Positions 44,800-59,610 of a DNA stretch of 64,000 nt are shown piece by piece. A program made the position numbers and the translations under genes. The notes beneath the pieces were generated by a model that ran no database searches, was not told the origin of the DNA, and was given only the letters and a program-made list of their open reading frames with translations. Origin of the DNA: the human T2T-CHM13v2.0 reference genome, Homo sapiens; assembly GCF_009914755.1 (NCBI RefSeq), contig NC_060927.1; one strand, 5' to 3'. Within the stretch, counting starts at the first letter, position 1. Each line of letters opens with the position of its first letter.

Positions 44800-45209
44800 A
44801 CCTCAATAATTTTTAATACTCTTATATTGACATACACTTGTAAAGGTGCAATTTAATCAAGATCCCCCTTTTAACGGAAAATATTCTGGTTACCATGCAC
44901 ATGGTAAAATGGTCCTGTATGCAAATTAGAGTTTTGTCAGTAGTTAACTAATTTATTTTGTTCAAGCAACTATTATACCTTATTTACGTTTTGTATCTCC
45001 CTCAGCAGGTAGCCTAGAGCATGGCACAAAATAGGTTCTCAATTAGTGTAAAAAGTAAGGAAAGAGGATGCAAGAGGAGAGAAGGAAGAAGGAGGGAGGT
45101 CTGTACAAACCAGTCTTTAATTAGATCAGTTGGGGGCCTAGAGTCTTGATTTTGGCTATTGTCTCAAGAACATTGTCTCACTGTTTGTGCCTCAGTTCAA
45201 TTTATGCTG

Positions 45210-45213
<4 letters not shown>

Positions 45214-45245
<32 letters not shown>
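45214..45245 (+). repeat. Pure A32 homopolymer
   Basis: Counted directly. Confidence 0.95.
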
Positions 45246-45250
<5 letters not shown>

Positions 45251-46796
45251 CAAAGTACAATTCACAGAAATGTTTTAGAAAATGATTCAGAGCATAGTTT
45301 ACCATTTAGTAAGTATTTGCTAATGTGTCCAGCACTGTCCAGCTACTTTACACACATCCTCTTTAATCCTCCCAACTACCTTCCAAGAAAGGAATTCTTG
45401 TCTCCATTCCATACAAGAAACAAAACAAAAACAAAAATGAAGTCTACAGACTAAATGCCTTGTCCCAGGTAGCAGGGCAAGAAAGTACAGTCCCCAGGGT
45501 GCCTTTGATTTCAAAGCCTATAGAGATTTCTCCAAGCCTAAGATTCCATTCATGTGCTGCTAAAATATTGAAATATTTTGATAGTCTCAGATCCAAGTCT
45601 CCAAGGCCCAGCTTCTTGACTACACCAGTGCCCCCTCTGCCACCACTACCCACAGGCCACTATGGATCATCTCACTGTCCAGAAACTAAGGGATAGATAT
45701 TGACCCAGCAAAGGACTTCCAGCACCCTACTCCAGGACCGTGGCCACTGCCCAAGTCCATTTTGATTGGTCAGCGTCACGCTAGGGGGTGATGACTAAAT
45801 ATACTTTAATGTTATCATAGCTTTGCGTTATACTACTGTTACCTGTCTCCATTAGGGGGCTGTTAAAACAGACTGCCTGTAGTTAATTCCCAAGTCAATC
45901 AACCAGCCTTGGAAAAGGCTGCAGAACAAGTCATGGAATGAGGACTTCTGTTCGGGCCTCATGCAATAGCAAACCGTTCTGCTTCCATCAAACCTGAGGC
46001 CCTGGGGAGGCGACACCCAGTCCTCTGGCTCACTGACACCCTCCTGGAGAGTAAGAGGAATTTCCATAGGAAAGTTTCACATCCAGTTCTTAAGAAAATA
46101 TTTTATACTTCTCTGAAACCTGCACTTTATTCACAGTCTGGTTTCAACATTCACTTATCCCTGTGAGAGGCACAGAAAGTGCAATTATTCGAACAGTCAA
46201 CCTCTCAATATGCTATCATGCATATGCTTATTTGCATATCACCTGTACCATTGCTTACCCTATATTTTTAATTGACTCACTTTCTTTATATGATTACAAC
46301 AAATGGAAAAGCAAAAGCAGTATCTCTAACCATAAAGAGAAGATAGCCTTATAAATGAATGCACCATTATTAAAGTGAAAATTCTCAACCCTGTGCCATC
46401 TGGAAATAATCTTACACACCATGAAGGATACTTTATTTGGAGAATAAGTGATGCCTTAAGTAAGGTTTCCAGTTATGGAACCAGAAGAGAGTTTGGATCA
46501 CAGATCTACTACTCAGCAAGCCACGCGACCTTAGACAAGCTTTCCACATCTTTAATGTGGGTATGACAATAGCAACTTTTTCCTAGACTGATTCTTAGAG
46601 CAAGTGAATTGATACACATAAAGCCCTTTATGTAGTGCCTGACATGTAGTGCGTCTAATAAAGGTCAAATATTCTAAATGAAATACCGGTTCCAAATGGA
46701 AAACTTGGAAGCGGACTCAACATTAAAGTGAAAAGTGATCTTTTGTATTGTGAAGGATTTTTCCAAAATTGAAATTTTTCTTGGGTTTTTGTCTAG

Positions 46797-47087
<291 letters not shown>

Positions 47088-48530
47088 CAGAGTAGCATTT
47101 GCATTCTTCTGCAGTCGCCTCACCATCTTCCATTTCAGTGGCAGAAGAATTTTTTAAGGGTTTCAATCAATTATTAATGCAGAGAGTATTGAATGTAAAT
47201 CAGAGCTCTCTAGTCTTCATTAAGGCAGCAAGTCCTGGGTTGTGAAAAATGATACTTAGAGATGAGGCGACATGAGGAGATATATTATTCATCATAGATG
47301 GCTAATTGGAGAGTACCTTGTTATATATACAGATACTTTCATGGTCATTTTGTATGTATGTTAAAGTAGTAGAAGTATTTTGTAGCTTAAAGTCTCTAGT
47401 ATGTAATATGCATAAAGTAAATCAAATAGCGTTGAGTTTTCTTATGCATTTTGATGTGAAAGATGTTATAATAATTTCTAGAAGACAATTTGGTGTATCA
47501 CAACATGCATGTCTTATTTTTTTTTAGTTTTAAGTCCTATAGGACTATGAGTCTCTAAGTTATTTGTTTCAGAAAATTATTCTTTTTTTATGTGATAAAT
47601 CATATGATTTAAGTGCATGAATAAGCATTTTCCCACACAATGAACATTTGAACTGTGTTTATGAAAATTTTCTGGTTTGCACCATGAATTTGTCAAATGG
47701 ATATTTATAGGAATATATTCACTACTTTGTATACTTTGCAAATTTGTCTCTCTGGCTTTACCCAAGTTCTGAATGCATTGTAATTAAAATTTAAGTTTTT
47801 CTTTTCCCCCATTAGTAAACATTTAGTGCTACATATGATAACTGCCCAATATTTATTCTATTTACTTAGCTAAATATTTGCATTCTTGTAATCTTCTATG
47901 GTGTTTTGTGGCTCTTATCTTGTGGACCATAAATAACACGGCCCAATAACTCTTTGTGTTTATGGAGTGTTGTTTTCTTAGAATAATGGAGATGCAGATA
48001 TAGATACCATAGTCAAGGTACCGCCTTGCTGAAGTATTTATTTATAAAGAATATTCTGTAGAACCTCTACTACCAGCTATATTTTTAAATCCTGTTTATT
48101 TGTAAAGCTAATATGCTCCTCAATGTAATTATTAAAAATTCTCAAGTCACAGCTAAACTTACTAATTCTGATTTTAGTGTAGCCCCTAAATTAAAAATGG
48201 CTTCCATATGCCACTCTGTACCCCAAAGAGAGTTCTCATGAAATATTCTCCAGAATGTATTCATTATCAAGAAAATGTCAATCGTCACTTCCTCGTTTTA
48301 ACTCAGCTGAAACACCAGGACCCAATAGAGAGGGCAAGCTGAGCATCTGTATTTCCAGATAAAAGTTGTTATTGATGTATAAACTCGTTGCGTGATTAGT
48401 GATGTTGGAAGCATTTTAGCACAAAACAGCCTTGTGTCTTAGATGATATCTGTAACCAGTTTCTGAATCCCGTTGGATAAAACTGTATTGTGATATCTAT
48501 TTGATGTTAATAAAGTTATTGCATACAGTG
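47088..48530 (+). other. SYNPR: SYNPR 3' UTR (~1.44 kb, AU-rich; 3' end approximate)
   Basis: Follows the stop codon, contains no recognisable interspersed repeat, and ends shortly after an AATAAA; L2-like repeats resume near 48650. Confidence 0.85.
48509..48514 (+). terminator. SYNPR: Polyadenylation signal AATAAA of SYNPR
   Basis: Canonical hexamer at the end of the unique UTR block, with upstream TGTA elements and CA dinucleotides just downstream. Confidence 0.8.
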
Positions 48531-48654
48531 CTGGCTGGACAGTGAACAATTACAACAGTAGAACCTGGTTGGCTTTAACAATGACAAACAAGGGTTAAAT
48601 GCACAGTGTCTCCAATCTGTCACCCTGTCCTTGTTTCATGAGCCCAGTGAGGTT

Positions 48655-49215
48655 TGTTCATTCATTCCACCATTCTATGCACCTGTCACTGTGCATGCCA
48701 CTGGTAATGCAGTAGTAAAAAACAAAAACAGGCAGTATGTTAAGAAGCTTACACTCTATTAGGAGAGACAGGCATTAAAATAATCACACCCCAGTTAAGC
48801 TGAGTGCAACAAACAGAGGCACAGGATTCCACAGGTACATCTGTCAGAGAGGTTTGAACTAGTTAGGGAGAAGTCAAGAAGCTTCAGACCTCAAGACTAC
48901 ACATGGTTTAGCAAGGACAAGGTGGGAGAGATGCGTGTCCCAGGCAGAGAACATCCTGACAAAGCTCTTTGATGGTAGGAGACAGGATGGATATATAGGG
49001 TTGCCAGAGTTTAATGAACAAGAGGCTTTTTGGGAAGTGTGACTGCTGATGGGGACATGGGTGAAATCTGTCTGAAGGCCTAATCAGGAATTCTGTCTTT
49101 ATCCTAAAGAAGCTAAGGGAAAGCATTGAAGGATTTTTGAGCAGGGGAGGGATGTGATGAGATTAGCATGTTGAAAGGATTTCAATGGCTACAGAGTAGA
49201 GTGGATTAGAGGACA
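48655..49215 (-). mobile_element. L2 LINE fragment
   Basis: ttcattcattc tail; ttttgagcaggggagggatgtgatgagatt. Confidence 0.55.
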
Positions 49216-49625
49216 AGCGAGAAAAACATCCTGAGGATAAGGAAATAGGCCTTAACTCCTAGCATCTAGGAGGCAGTAGGCTGGGAGTGGGAGGAGGGGA
49301 TGTGGTATGAGTTCTCCCCGCTCCCACCCCCACTCCCAATTCCCCCTTATTTCCTGGGACGATGGCTGGATTTGACTGCTTCCTTCAGCACTGCGCAGGA
49401 GAAGAAAGTGTCCTCTGCTTTATAAGCTGTCATGAACTCAGCAAAGTGGAGAAATCCTCCTAACCAGCAGTGATTTTTACCAGCCTTAGCAGTTCCAAAG
49501 CACTCTGGGCACTGATAAATGGAAAACACTACCTGCCCAGGTTGAGATAGAGACATGCTTCCACGGTCCACCGCAGATTCGCAATAAAGACCTGCTCTAA
49601 CCCAATGGGGATTTTGCTAAACTGA

Positions 49626-49947
<322 letters not shown>

Positions 49948-50439
49948 TAAAAAGAGAATGGCAGGTGAGTTTGAGTCTATGTATCCAATAAGACTAATTT
50001 GGAATCTCAGCTTCAGTGCTCACTAGCTGTGTTTCAGGGTGTGACTTCACCTTCCTGCACCTTTGATTTTTTAGGAGGAGGTAAAGGGTGGGCCCTGATA
50101 TCAGACTGTCTGGGTGAGAATCACTCACTGCCATTTCCTCAACTCTCCTTTTTCTTTCTCAAAGCCTTCTTCAAAGCCCTGGGACTTCTCTGAAGCCACA
50201 GCCTACAGGCAAGTGCAGCCTGGAAATGCTGGAGAGTTAACACCCCAGGGAGCAACTTCAAACACTAGGGGATATGGGCAGATCAATAAATGCCTTTGGT
50301 AAGATACTTAATATCTCATTCATTCAGTTTCCCCATCTCTACAGTGGGGATAACAGCAATATCTGCCTGGTAGATGAGAAAGATAAACCATCTAGCCATG
50401 TGACGGAATTAGAACAGCTTCTCGCAGACAGTAAGCACC

Positions 50440-50850
50440 CTCTGGGTTTGGGTTTTCCTGAAACTAAGACTAAGACAAGAGCTGGGTGCAAGGAGTTGAT
50501 TCCAGGAGTCAGGAGTGACAAAGTGGGGAGAATGAGACAGGAAAGGAGGCAAAGCCAATAAAAGGATGTGTTCATGTTGTTGCTGGTAAGGCAGCAGGAG
50601 CTCAGTTTCATCAGGGTCTCTGAGCAGCTCCAGCAATTCTCTGAGCAGCTCCAGCAATTGTCCATCAAGGAGCAGGAGCTGGAGTGTTCACCTACCAATC
50701 CCCGGCCCTTATTGGTTGAGAGTTGCCCAGAACAGTGGTAACTTTTCCACGTTTCCAGGTTACACTTGCCAGGAGACTGAGCAGGTTCCTAGGACTTCAG
50801 AGAAACAAGCTTTGAGTGCTAACATCTCAAGCAGTGGGCTGGGGGAAAGG
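50440..50850. mobile_element. LTR16-like ERVL LTR
   Basis: agacaagagctgggtgcaaggagttgatt...gtggggagaatgagacaggaaaggaggcaaagccaataaaagg. Confidence 0.5.
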
Positions 50851-51269
50851 GGAGAGGCACTGGTATGGGTCCTATCACCACCATCCCCTCCCCCATTCCT
50901 GGGGACAGGGACCTTGAGGAAAGATAAAGGGTAAGCCCTGGGAGGTGCATGCGTGAGGTGGGGAGGGGGCCACTATCAATACGAACCAGAACAATTCTTC
51001 AAGCTATGGCTGAAATTAGAGGCTGACCAAAGGAAAGCAACACTTGGCATGCAAATCACCCACTACAGTGATCAATGATTACTGTATCACATTACTATTC
51101 TCACTTAGTCTGTCAAAGGGGGCTGCAGATAGTCCCACCTCATAGGAGCTGAGTTGGTTGTGTGTGGAAGAGGTTTATGAACTGTACACTACCGGGTGTA
51201 GTTAGCTTGTTATTGAATGTTGAGGTATAAACCTAATCCACACTCACAAAAATCTGAGTTTTGGGGATT

Positions 51270-52335
51270 TTTTTTTAACTTTTATTTAAGGTTCAGGGAT
51301 ACATGTTCACGTTCATTATATAGGTAAACTCATGTCATGGAAGTTTGATGTACATATTATTTTGTCACTCAGGTACTAAGCATAGTACCAAATAGGTGTT
51401 TTTTCTGATCCTCTCCCTCCCACCCTGCACCCTCCAGGAGACTTCAGTGTCTGCTGTTCCCCTATTTGTGTCCATGTGTTCTTGTTGTTTAGCTCCCACT
51501 TATAAGTTCACTTAGGATAACGGCCTCCAGCTCTATCCATGTTGCTGCAAAGTACATGATCTTGTTATTTTTTATGGCTGCATAGTATTCCATGGTGTGT
51601 ATGTACCACATTTTCTTTATCCAGTCTACTGTTGATGGGCATTTAAGCTGATTCCATGTCTGTGCTATTGTGAATAGTGCTGCAACGAACATATGCATGC
51701 ATGTGTCTTTGTGATAGAATGATTTATATTCCTTTGGGTATATGTGGAATAATGGGATTGTTGGATCAATTGATAATTCTATTTTTAGTTTTTTGAGGAA
51801 TCGCCACACTACTTTCCACAATGGCTGAACTAACTGACACTCCCAACAGCAGTGTGTAAGCATTCCCTTTTCTTTTCTTTTTCTTTCTCTTTTTCTTTCT
51901 TTCTTTCTTTCTTTTTTTTTCTCTCTCTCTCTTTCTTTCTTTCCTTCTTTCTTTCTTTTTTTTTTGAGATAGGCTCTGGCTCTACCACCCAGGCTAGAGT
52001 GCAGTGGCGTGATCTTGGCTCACTGCAACTTCCGCCTCCTGGGCTCAAAGCGATTCCCCCACCTCAGTCCCCCCAGTAGATGGGACACAGGCTCACGCCA
52101 CCACACCTGGCTGATTTTTTGTATTTTTGGTAGAGATGGGGTTTCACCATGTTGCCCAGGCTGGTCTCAAATTCCTAAGCATAAGCAATCTGCCCGCCTG
52201 GGCCACCCAAAGGGCTGGGATTACAGGTGTGAGCCACCGCGCCCGGCCAGCCTTCCCTTCTTACCAGCATTTGTTATTTCTTGACTTTTTAATAATAGCC
52301 ATTCTGAATGGAGTAAGATGGTATCTCCTTGTGGT
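51270..52335 (-). mobile_element. Older L1PA 3' end, interrupted by an Alu
   Basis: ORF 51489-51863 matches the ORF2 C-terminus (HCCWEC...WYIHTMEYYAAIK); L1 resumes after 52248 (ccagcatttgttattt). Confidence 0.9.
51868..52248 (-). mobile_element. Alu (J/S) with a (CTTT)n tail nested in L1
   Basis: Dimer ending gagccaccgcgcccggcc; tail expanded into TTTC repeats. Confidence 0.92.
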
Positions 52336-53469
52336 TTTTTTGAAGCCTGAGTTTTTATAAGTCAAACTTCTGATTGTACTGAATTAAGCAAAATACAGTA
52401 CCTGGCATCTTTTGAGCTTACACTCAAGATTGGAAGATTCAAATAGCAGACAAGTAAATTAACCAGACATGTAAGAATGAACTGTGATTAATGTTGTAAG
52501 GAAAAGAAACAAGGGACAGGGTGGGGAGGAGTGGCCTAGAGTGGTCAACAAAGGCCTCTCTGAGGAGGGAACATGTAAGTTGGGACATGAAGAATAGGAA
52601 GGAACCAGTTATGTGTAGAATATTTTAGGCAGAGGGGAGAGTACATCCAAGGACCTAATGAGGGGAGACTGCTAGGTGCCTTCAAATGACTCATAGGAGA
52701 AAAAAGCTACTAGGGCTGGACATGCAAGGAGTGGGGCGGGAGTTGGGGCTACAGAGTTTGAAAGAGCCAGGTTATAAAGGCCCTTGGAGGACATGGAAAC
52801 AGATTTTATTCTAAGAGAAGTGGGAAGCCAGTGGGCAAATAAACAGGAAAATGACATGATTTAATTTTCTCTTCAAAGAAATCCCTCTATCAAATTCTTG
52901 GCTTTGATATTGTACTATTATAAGACAAGACGTCACCTTTGCGGGAAGCTGGGTGAAGGGTTCGTGGGACTTTGTACTATTTTTGCAACTTCCTATAAAG
53001 GATGATGCTGCGAATGGATTAATGAAGTCATCAATTCATTCAACAGCTATTTATGGAGCACCTGCCATGTGCTAAGCTTTGTTCTAGGTGCTGGGAGAAA
53101 AATAAGATAAATTCAAATAGTGATCAATGTTAAAGAGGAAATAAACCAGGATGACATGACGGAGAGCAATAGGGTTGGAGGAAGATGGGTACAGGATGAG
53201 TTGCCAGAAGCCCTGGATGAGGATATGGCAGCCTGAGTTAGGATGGGGGCCCCATTCATGCTCAGCAACAGCTCCAGCTGGTTCTTGGGTCTTAAATATT
53301 GGTTGGGGGAAATCTTAAACACTGGCCAAAGAATAATAAATCTTCACTTTATAGAAAGTGCTTTGTACTGTTCAAAGTTCATAACATCTATAATTTCATG
53401 TGGTCTCTCATCAGCCCAGTGAAAGGGTAAGTGCTATTGTCCCCATTTGAAAAAAGTGTCCTAAACCGA

Positions 53470-53890
53470 GTTAACCCAGAAGCCAACTCTGTCTGAGATA
53501 AGAATTCAAGTACAAGTAGGAGGGTGGGGAAGTGAACCAAAGAAGAGAAGGAAAACAATAAATCTTGGGTTATGGAGAAGATTATTGCTATGGGCAACGG
53601 GGGCTCAGTCCCGCTAGAGAATATGAAACCCAGGGCAGAACACCAGTCAGCCCAACCAGGGCCAAAAGGAGCTGTGATATTTACCTGCTCGCTCCTGTCA
53701 GTCATTGAATAAGGGCTGCTCTAAGAGAGTGGCAATTCCCTAGCTCTTTCCGATCACCCTGTCTATGGGCTAGAGCAGATGGAGAAAGCATGAGGAGTGG
53801 TGCGAGTGCTGGCATTTGGGGGTTATTAGGTCAGTATGCATGCAATGGTGAGTCTCAAGAGGATACGGGTGGGCCACCAATAATGTATGC
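53470..53890. mobile_element. LTR16-like ERVL LTR
   Basis: cccagaagcc...ctgagataagaattcaagtacaagtag...attgctatgggcaacgggggctcagtcccgct. Confidence 0.45.
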
Positions 53891-55924
53891 CACATTGAGG
53901 TTTGGGAGTGTTAAATAGCTTGCCAAAAATCTCTTTTAATCCTAAGAGGTTTTCTGTTTGTTTGTTTGTTTGTTTTAACCATCAACTCCTCAGTCTACTT
54001 AGCATATAAATATGACTTTAACCCCAATATTTCATGTGATTTTATCTAGACATCGAAAGATAATTTTTGATAGCAACTATAAACCAATAGCTAACATTTA
54101 TTGGGTGCTTACAATGTGTCAGCCACTGAGTTAAGCACTTTGCATTTAACCACAACACTATGTGACAGATACTAGTATTACCCTTGTGTAACAGTTTAGA
54201 AAACCAAAGTATAGAGAAATTAGATAATGACAAAATACCTGTGAACAACTTCACTAATAAAAATAGTTCGTAGTTACTACCAGGTACTGAGCCTCTATTC
54301 CGCAGAGAACTATGCTACTCAATTTATATCCACTTTCCTATTTAATGCTCACAGGAAATGCAAGATAAATGTATTGTTGTACCAATTGAACAAATGGGAA
54401 AACTAAGATTCATAGAGATTAGATAACTTGTTGAAGATCATTGAGCTGGATGTGGGCAGAGCCCAGCGGATGCAGAAATCTAGGTTTCTCTGCATCCAAA
54501 ACTCCTTGCTCTAAACCACCTTGCCAGATCACAAAAGTGCTACCACACTACCTACTATGTTTTAAGCTGATGAGCTTTGTCTGTCCACCTAGGGTGCAAT
54601 TGGCACAGACTCAGACCATCAGGTGCTTCAATTAATCTTCACTAGTGATGCTGAGTCCCTGATAGTTGGAAGGAATTTGTTTTGTCAGCATCATTTATCA
54701 ACATGAATAAAGTCAGACCCAATTCACTGAATAAGTTAATGAAGTCTTTAAGATGGCTAAAAGTCCGGCAGAACTAAGAATAATTTCTTAACATGCTTGG
54801 CTTAGAGGCTGAGGCTTTGCTGGATTTTAGGAGTTAGCTGAATGCTCTTCAGAACCTGTTGGCAGCAAGCACTTTCAAGAATGTCCTGGCTCCTCCAGTC
54901 CCAACTGGAACTCACCTCTGTGAATAATACACCTTGGGTATAAAAAGGCCAAGATGAGACTAGTGAACTTTAGCTATTTTCCTGGAAGTCTCGTTATTTG
55001 TGCGGAAAATATTATGTCTAGTTGAGTATTTCCTTTAAATAAGCAGGTTACCATTATGTGTGCCTTGGCTTATTGAACAAAACCCTTTAAGTTGGTTGTA
55101 ATAAGTCTAATAGATTTCCTGGTGGCTGAGAAAGAGTTTGCCTTTGAGCCTCTGCTATTTTATTCATATATTGATTGCCTGGCCACTTGGAACTTAAGAG
55201 GGTCTAATTGGCTTGTGCTGTGAACAAGACTCACTGGCTCATATCAATTTAAAGTCATCTCCCTACTTACTAGAGACAATCTCATGTAACATGTCACCTG
55301 CTGTCATGCCAATTTGGTGAACATAAGAAATGCAAAATACAAACTGAATGTTTTTTCTTATTTCAGATATTTTCCCTCCTTTCCTGTGAAGTGACATTTC
55401 TCCCAGATATTTTCTCTTCTGATCTCTTTAGAGAGTTAAGTCTCTTCTGATTGATCTTCACTGTCATATTCCTTCTAGAATTTTGATAGATTCCATAGCT
55501 GACACATTGCCCTGAGCATTACTGCCCTTTTTATAAGTCCTTTCTTAATCTTGCTCTCTCGAAGCTCCTAGACATTCTATTAAAATTTCACGGTTAGTAT
55601 TGATACATGATTCCACTGGACTTAGCAGCATGGTGCCACATGCATTTCCTGGAAACTGCCTTTATCAGCACAGACAATTGCCTCAGATGAGACCTGAGGT
55701 CACTCTTTGTCTTGGGAGTAAGAGCTAGATTGCATCTTTTGCATCAAAAGATGTTGTCATTGGCTTTACAATGTAAAGTGATCACATACATTTCTAACCC
55801 CCCCGGTATAATCTCCAGCTTAGAATCAGATGGACCTGGATTCAAATTTTGGAACCAGGCTGTGTGATCCTGGGAGAGGGCCTCATCATCCCTGGGGCTT
55901 AGATTTTTCATGCATATAATGGGC

Positions 55925-56303
55925 TGAAATCAAGGGGTTGGCAGGGATTTGTTCCTGTCTGGAGGTCCTTTTCCCTATCATTTCCAACTTTTAGAAGCTA
56001 CCTATATTCCTTAGATCATGGTTCTCTTTCTCCATCTTCAAAGCCAGCAAGAGCAGGCTGAGTTCATCTCAGAGAGGCATCACTCCAGCCTCTTCTTCTG
56101 CCTCCCTCTTCCACTTTTAAGGACATTTGTGTCCACATTGGGTCCACTTGGATAACCCAGGATAATCTGTCTATTTTAAGGTTGGCTAATTAGCAACCTC
56201 AATTCCATCTGTGACCATAATTCTCTATGTAACATAACATAACCACGGGTTTGGAGGTTAGAATGTGAACATCTTTGGGGAGGCTATTAATCTGCCTACC
56301 ACA
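55925..56303 (-). mobile_element. MLT1D-like MaLR LTR (partial)
   Basis: tccatcttcaaagccagcaa...ggataacccaggataatct...acatctttggggaggctattaatctgcctaccaca. Confidence 0.75.
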
Positions 56304-57547
56304 TTATCCCACCAGTAAAGGATAAAAATAAAATCCTATAATTATGATACTTTTATATAAATGTAATATAAAAATGAATATAAGTAAATTTAGTAGCAGA
56401 TTTCCCTAAAGTTCTCAGTAGCTGATAATGTTCTTAAAATTGATAGTTGTTCCAACCAATTATATTAACTTTTGTTAGAAAGTAACCCAGTCCTTAGCAC
56501 TAATGTGTGGCAGCAGGTAGCTTTTCAATGATCAAATACTGAGATAACTTTGACAATGCTCCCAATCAGGAGCCAATGTTCATCCAATTTCCTGCTGAAG
56601 AGTTCTAGTAAATGAAAACGTACTGTGTACAGATGGGATCCTCGAGGTGCCATACAGTTATTCAGCACACAGCTGGAAAAACAGATAAACGGGACACAAT
56701 TCTTGCCTCAGCGTTTTTATAGTCCAATGGGAGAGATTAAGTATAGACCTGAAATTACATTATGTATTCATTTGTTTAGTTGTCCTTTCTATCTCTCCCA
56801 CTCGAATATAAATTCCATCAAGGGCTGAGACTTGACTGGATTATGCATGCCTGTATCCCCAGCACTTGGAACAGTGCCTGAAATAGGCTAGGCACTCAAA
56901 TATTTGTTGAATGAATACAGTATGATACATTATACCAGCTATTATTAGAGATTGTTCATAAAATATGCAAACTATTATAACATAGAGTACGTAACATTGA
57001 CTAGCCGGAAAGAAAAGAGTCTGAACTTTCCTTTGGAAAGTTTCCAGCATGTTTATAAATAGCGCTCACTGTGTGCCCACACAGAAAGGGCTTCCTGCAG
57101 TGCAGGGCCTGCAAACCTTGCCCCTCATTGGTTCATTTCCACTTCACTGTTTCTTGTTGCCCTGTTTGCAAACTGCAGCATCTCCAGATCATAACACAGG
57201 GATCACGTGAAGTTCACACCTGTGCATACCATGTTAAGGATTATCCACTGCACCCACCCTCTCCCTCTGCACCCCTGCTGCCCCCAGTAAGTAAGAAATA
57301 TGCTAATTTGATAGTGATACCCTATGAAGGATATAAAACAGAGTGATGTAATCAAGAATGTCTGGAGGGGTAAGAATTTTCACAAGCTACAAATGATCAC
57401 ACAAAGATTAATCAAAGTGCTAGAGTCATCTCTTAAGAGGAGAGGCACTCTTAACAATAATTATAATTAAACTACTACATAATAATTACAAAAAATACAT
57501 TTTGAATGTGCCCCAGTACACACAAGGAACTACATTCAAAGTTTTGA

Positions 57548-57976
<429 letters not shown>

Positions 57977-59290
57977 TGAAGGGGCCACTAGTGATTTGAC
58001 CCATTAGGGATACCAGCTCTCCGTGACACAGAGTTTTTGACACCAGATAAGGGATACAGTTTAGCAGATAAAGGTAAAGCTTAGTAGAAGAAAGTTCTTA
58101 TCCTGGTTCTATCAGTCCTCCCTGCCATCACTTCTTTCTTCCAAAATGCACTGCAGGATCCAATAGAGTCTTCATTTGTTGGGAAAGAAAGAATAAATGG
58201 GAAGCGTGTTTTATTGCCATAACCTCAAAAGGGATTTCTGGGTTCCAAAAGAGATGAAGGCAGGCTAGGTTTATTCTAGCAAAGGGTTCATGAACTCACT
58301 CAAAATCCCTTTCTTCCAATTTGGAGTTGTTTGTGGGGAAGAGAGAATCCCAAAAGTCTCTTTCATGGAAAAGGGAAGAAGAGGCTGTCAACTAAGCCAC
58401 TGAAGCCAGACAAACAAGCACTCCCGGCAGATATGAGAAATGGCAGCCCTCCTCCAATCAAGGACTTCCTGGAGAGAGGCCTTATTAGCGCTCCTGCACC
58501 ACAGCCAGCCTGAGACAAATGAGGGGAGCTCAGTAGGTGCTCTCTTGTGGGGCCTCACTCTCCTTCACAAGATAGTCATTTGTTTTGGCAACTTGGAGAC
58601 TTTCCTTTACGTTCTCCTTATTTCTTGAAGAAAGTAATACAATCTGAGACCTTCCTCTTCTAAATGATGCTCCCAGACTGCACCCAGAATTGCTCTCCAT
58701 TTCTTATAGATCTTTCTGGAGATGGCCCATGAAGATGTAAGTACATATATAATTTGTGAATTCTCAACTGGAGGCAAAATCAACTCCAAAACAGTGAAAA
58801 TTGGTTCAGATGAAGGGGAGCAGAAAAATCTTACTCTTTCTGTATAAAGCAATACATAAACACATATCTTGTATATCTGTGATACTAAAATTTTGGGGGG
58901 AGGCCATAGGGAAAAAAATAACTTGAAAGGCTCCTTAGAGGAGGTATTAAAAAAAATCTGTTGAGAAACACTGATATGCCCACTTTTTAATATACCTAAG
59001 TGGTAGCTTACTGTCTTGGGTATACATTGTTCCAGGAAGCAGTATGAGGGGAGGGTGAGAACTTAGGTTGGGCTTCAAACCCGGTTTGAATCCTGGCTCC
59101 ACCACCTATGAATTATAGGAAGTTGACCAAGTTCCTTAATGTGTTTTAGTTTTCTCAACTATTAAATGGGTATAATAATTATAGCTACTTCCTAGAGAAA
59201 CTGTGAATATGAAGTTAATACCTAGAAAGCTCTTAGAATAGCACCTAGCACTGGTAGACACTCTATAGGTGTTTTCAACATTATGATATT

Positions 59291-59338
59291 CCACTTAGTT
59301 ATAGCTCTTAGAGATGTTCCTTTTGACATAGTATTCCC

Positions 59339-59375
<37 letters not shown>

Positions 59376-59488
59376 CCATCATTTATTTAGACCAAAAATC
59401 AGCAAATTATGGGCCCAAAGCCAAATCCAGTCAACCACTTAGTTATATCTCTTAGAGATGTTCCTTTTGATGACTACATAGTATTCCC

Positions 59489-59524
<36 letters not shown>

Positions 59525-59610
59525 ATATATATATACATATATATATATATACCATAATTTATTTAGACCAAAAATCAGCAAATTATGGCCCCAAAACCAA
59601 ATCCAGTCAG
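59291..59610 (+). repeat. Local tandem duplication (144 bp + 176 bp), each copy containing a (GT)n tract
   Basis: ccacttagttata...ccaaatccagtca occurs twice head-to-tail. Confidence 0.93.

Noticed and set aside
49384-49404. ttcagcactgcgcagg as an RE1/NRSE site
   Set aside because: Only the left half-site matches; no GGACAG right half at a plausible spacing.
50618-50660. 21-bp direct repeat tctctgagcagctccagcaat x2 as a CRISPR-like array
   Set aside because: Only two adjacent copies with no spacers, inside an LTR in primate DNA; a simple tandem duplication.
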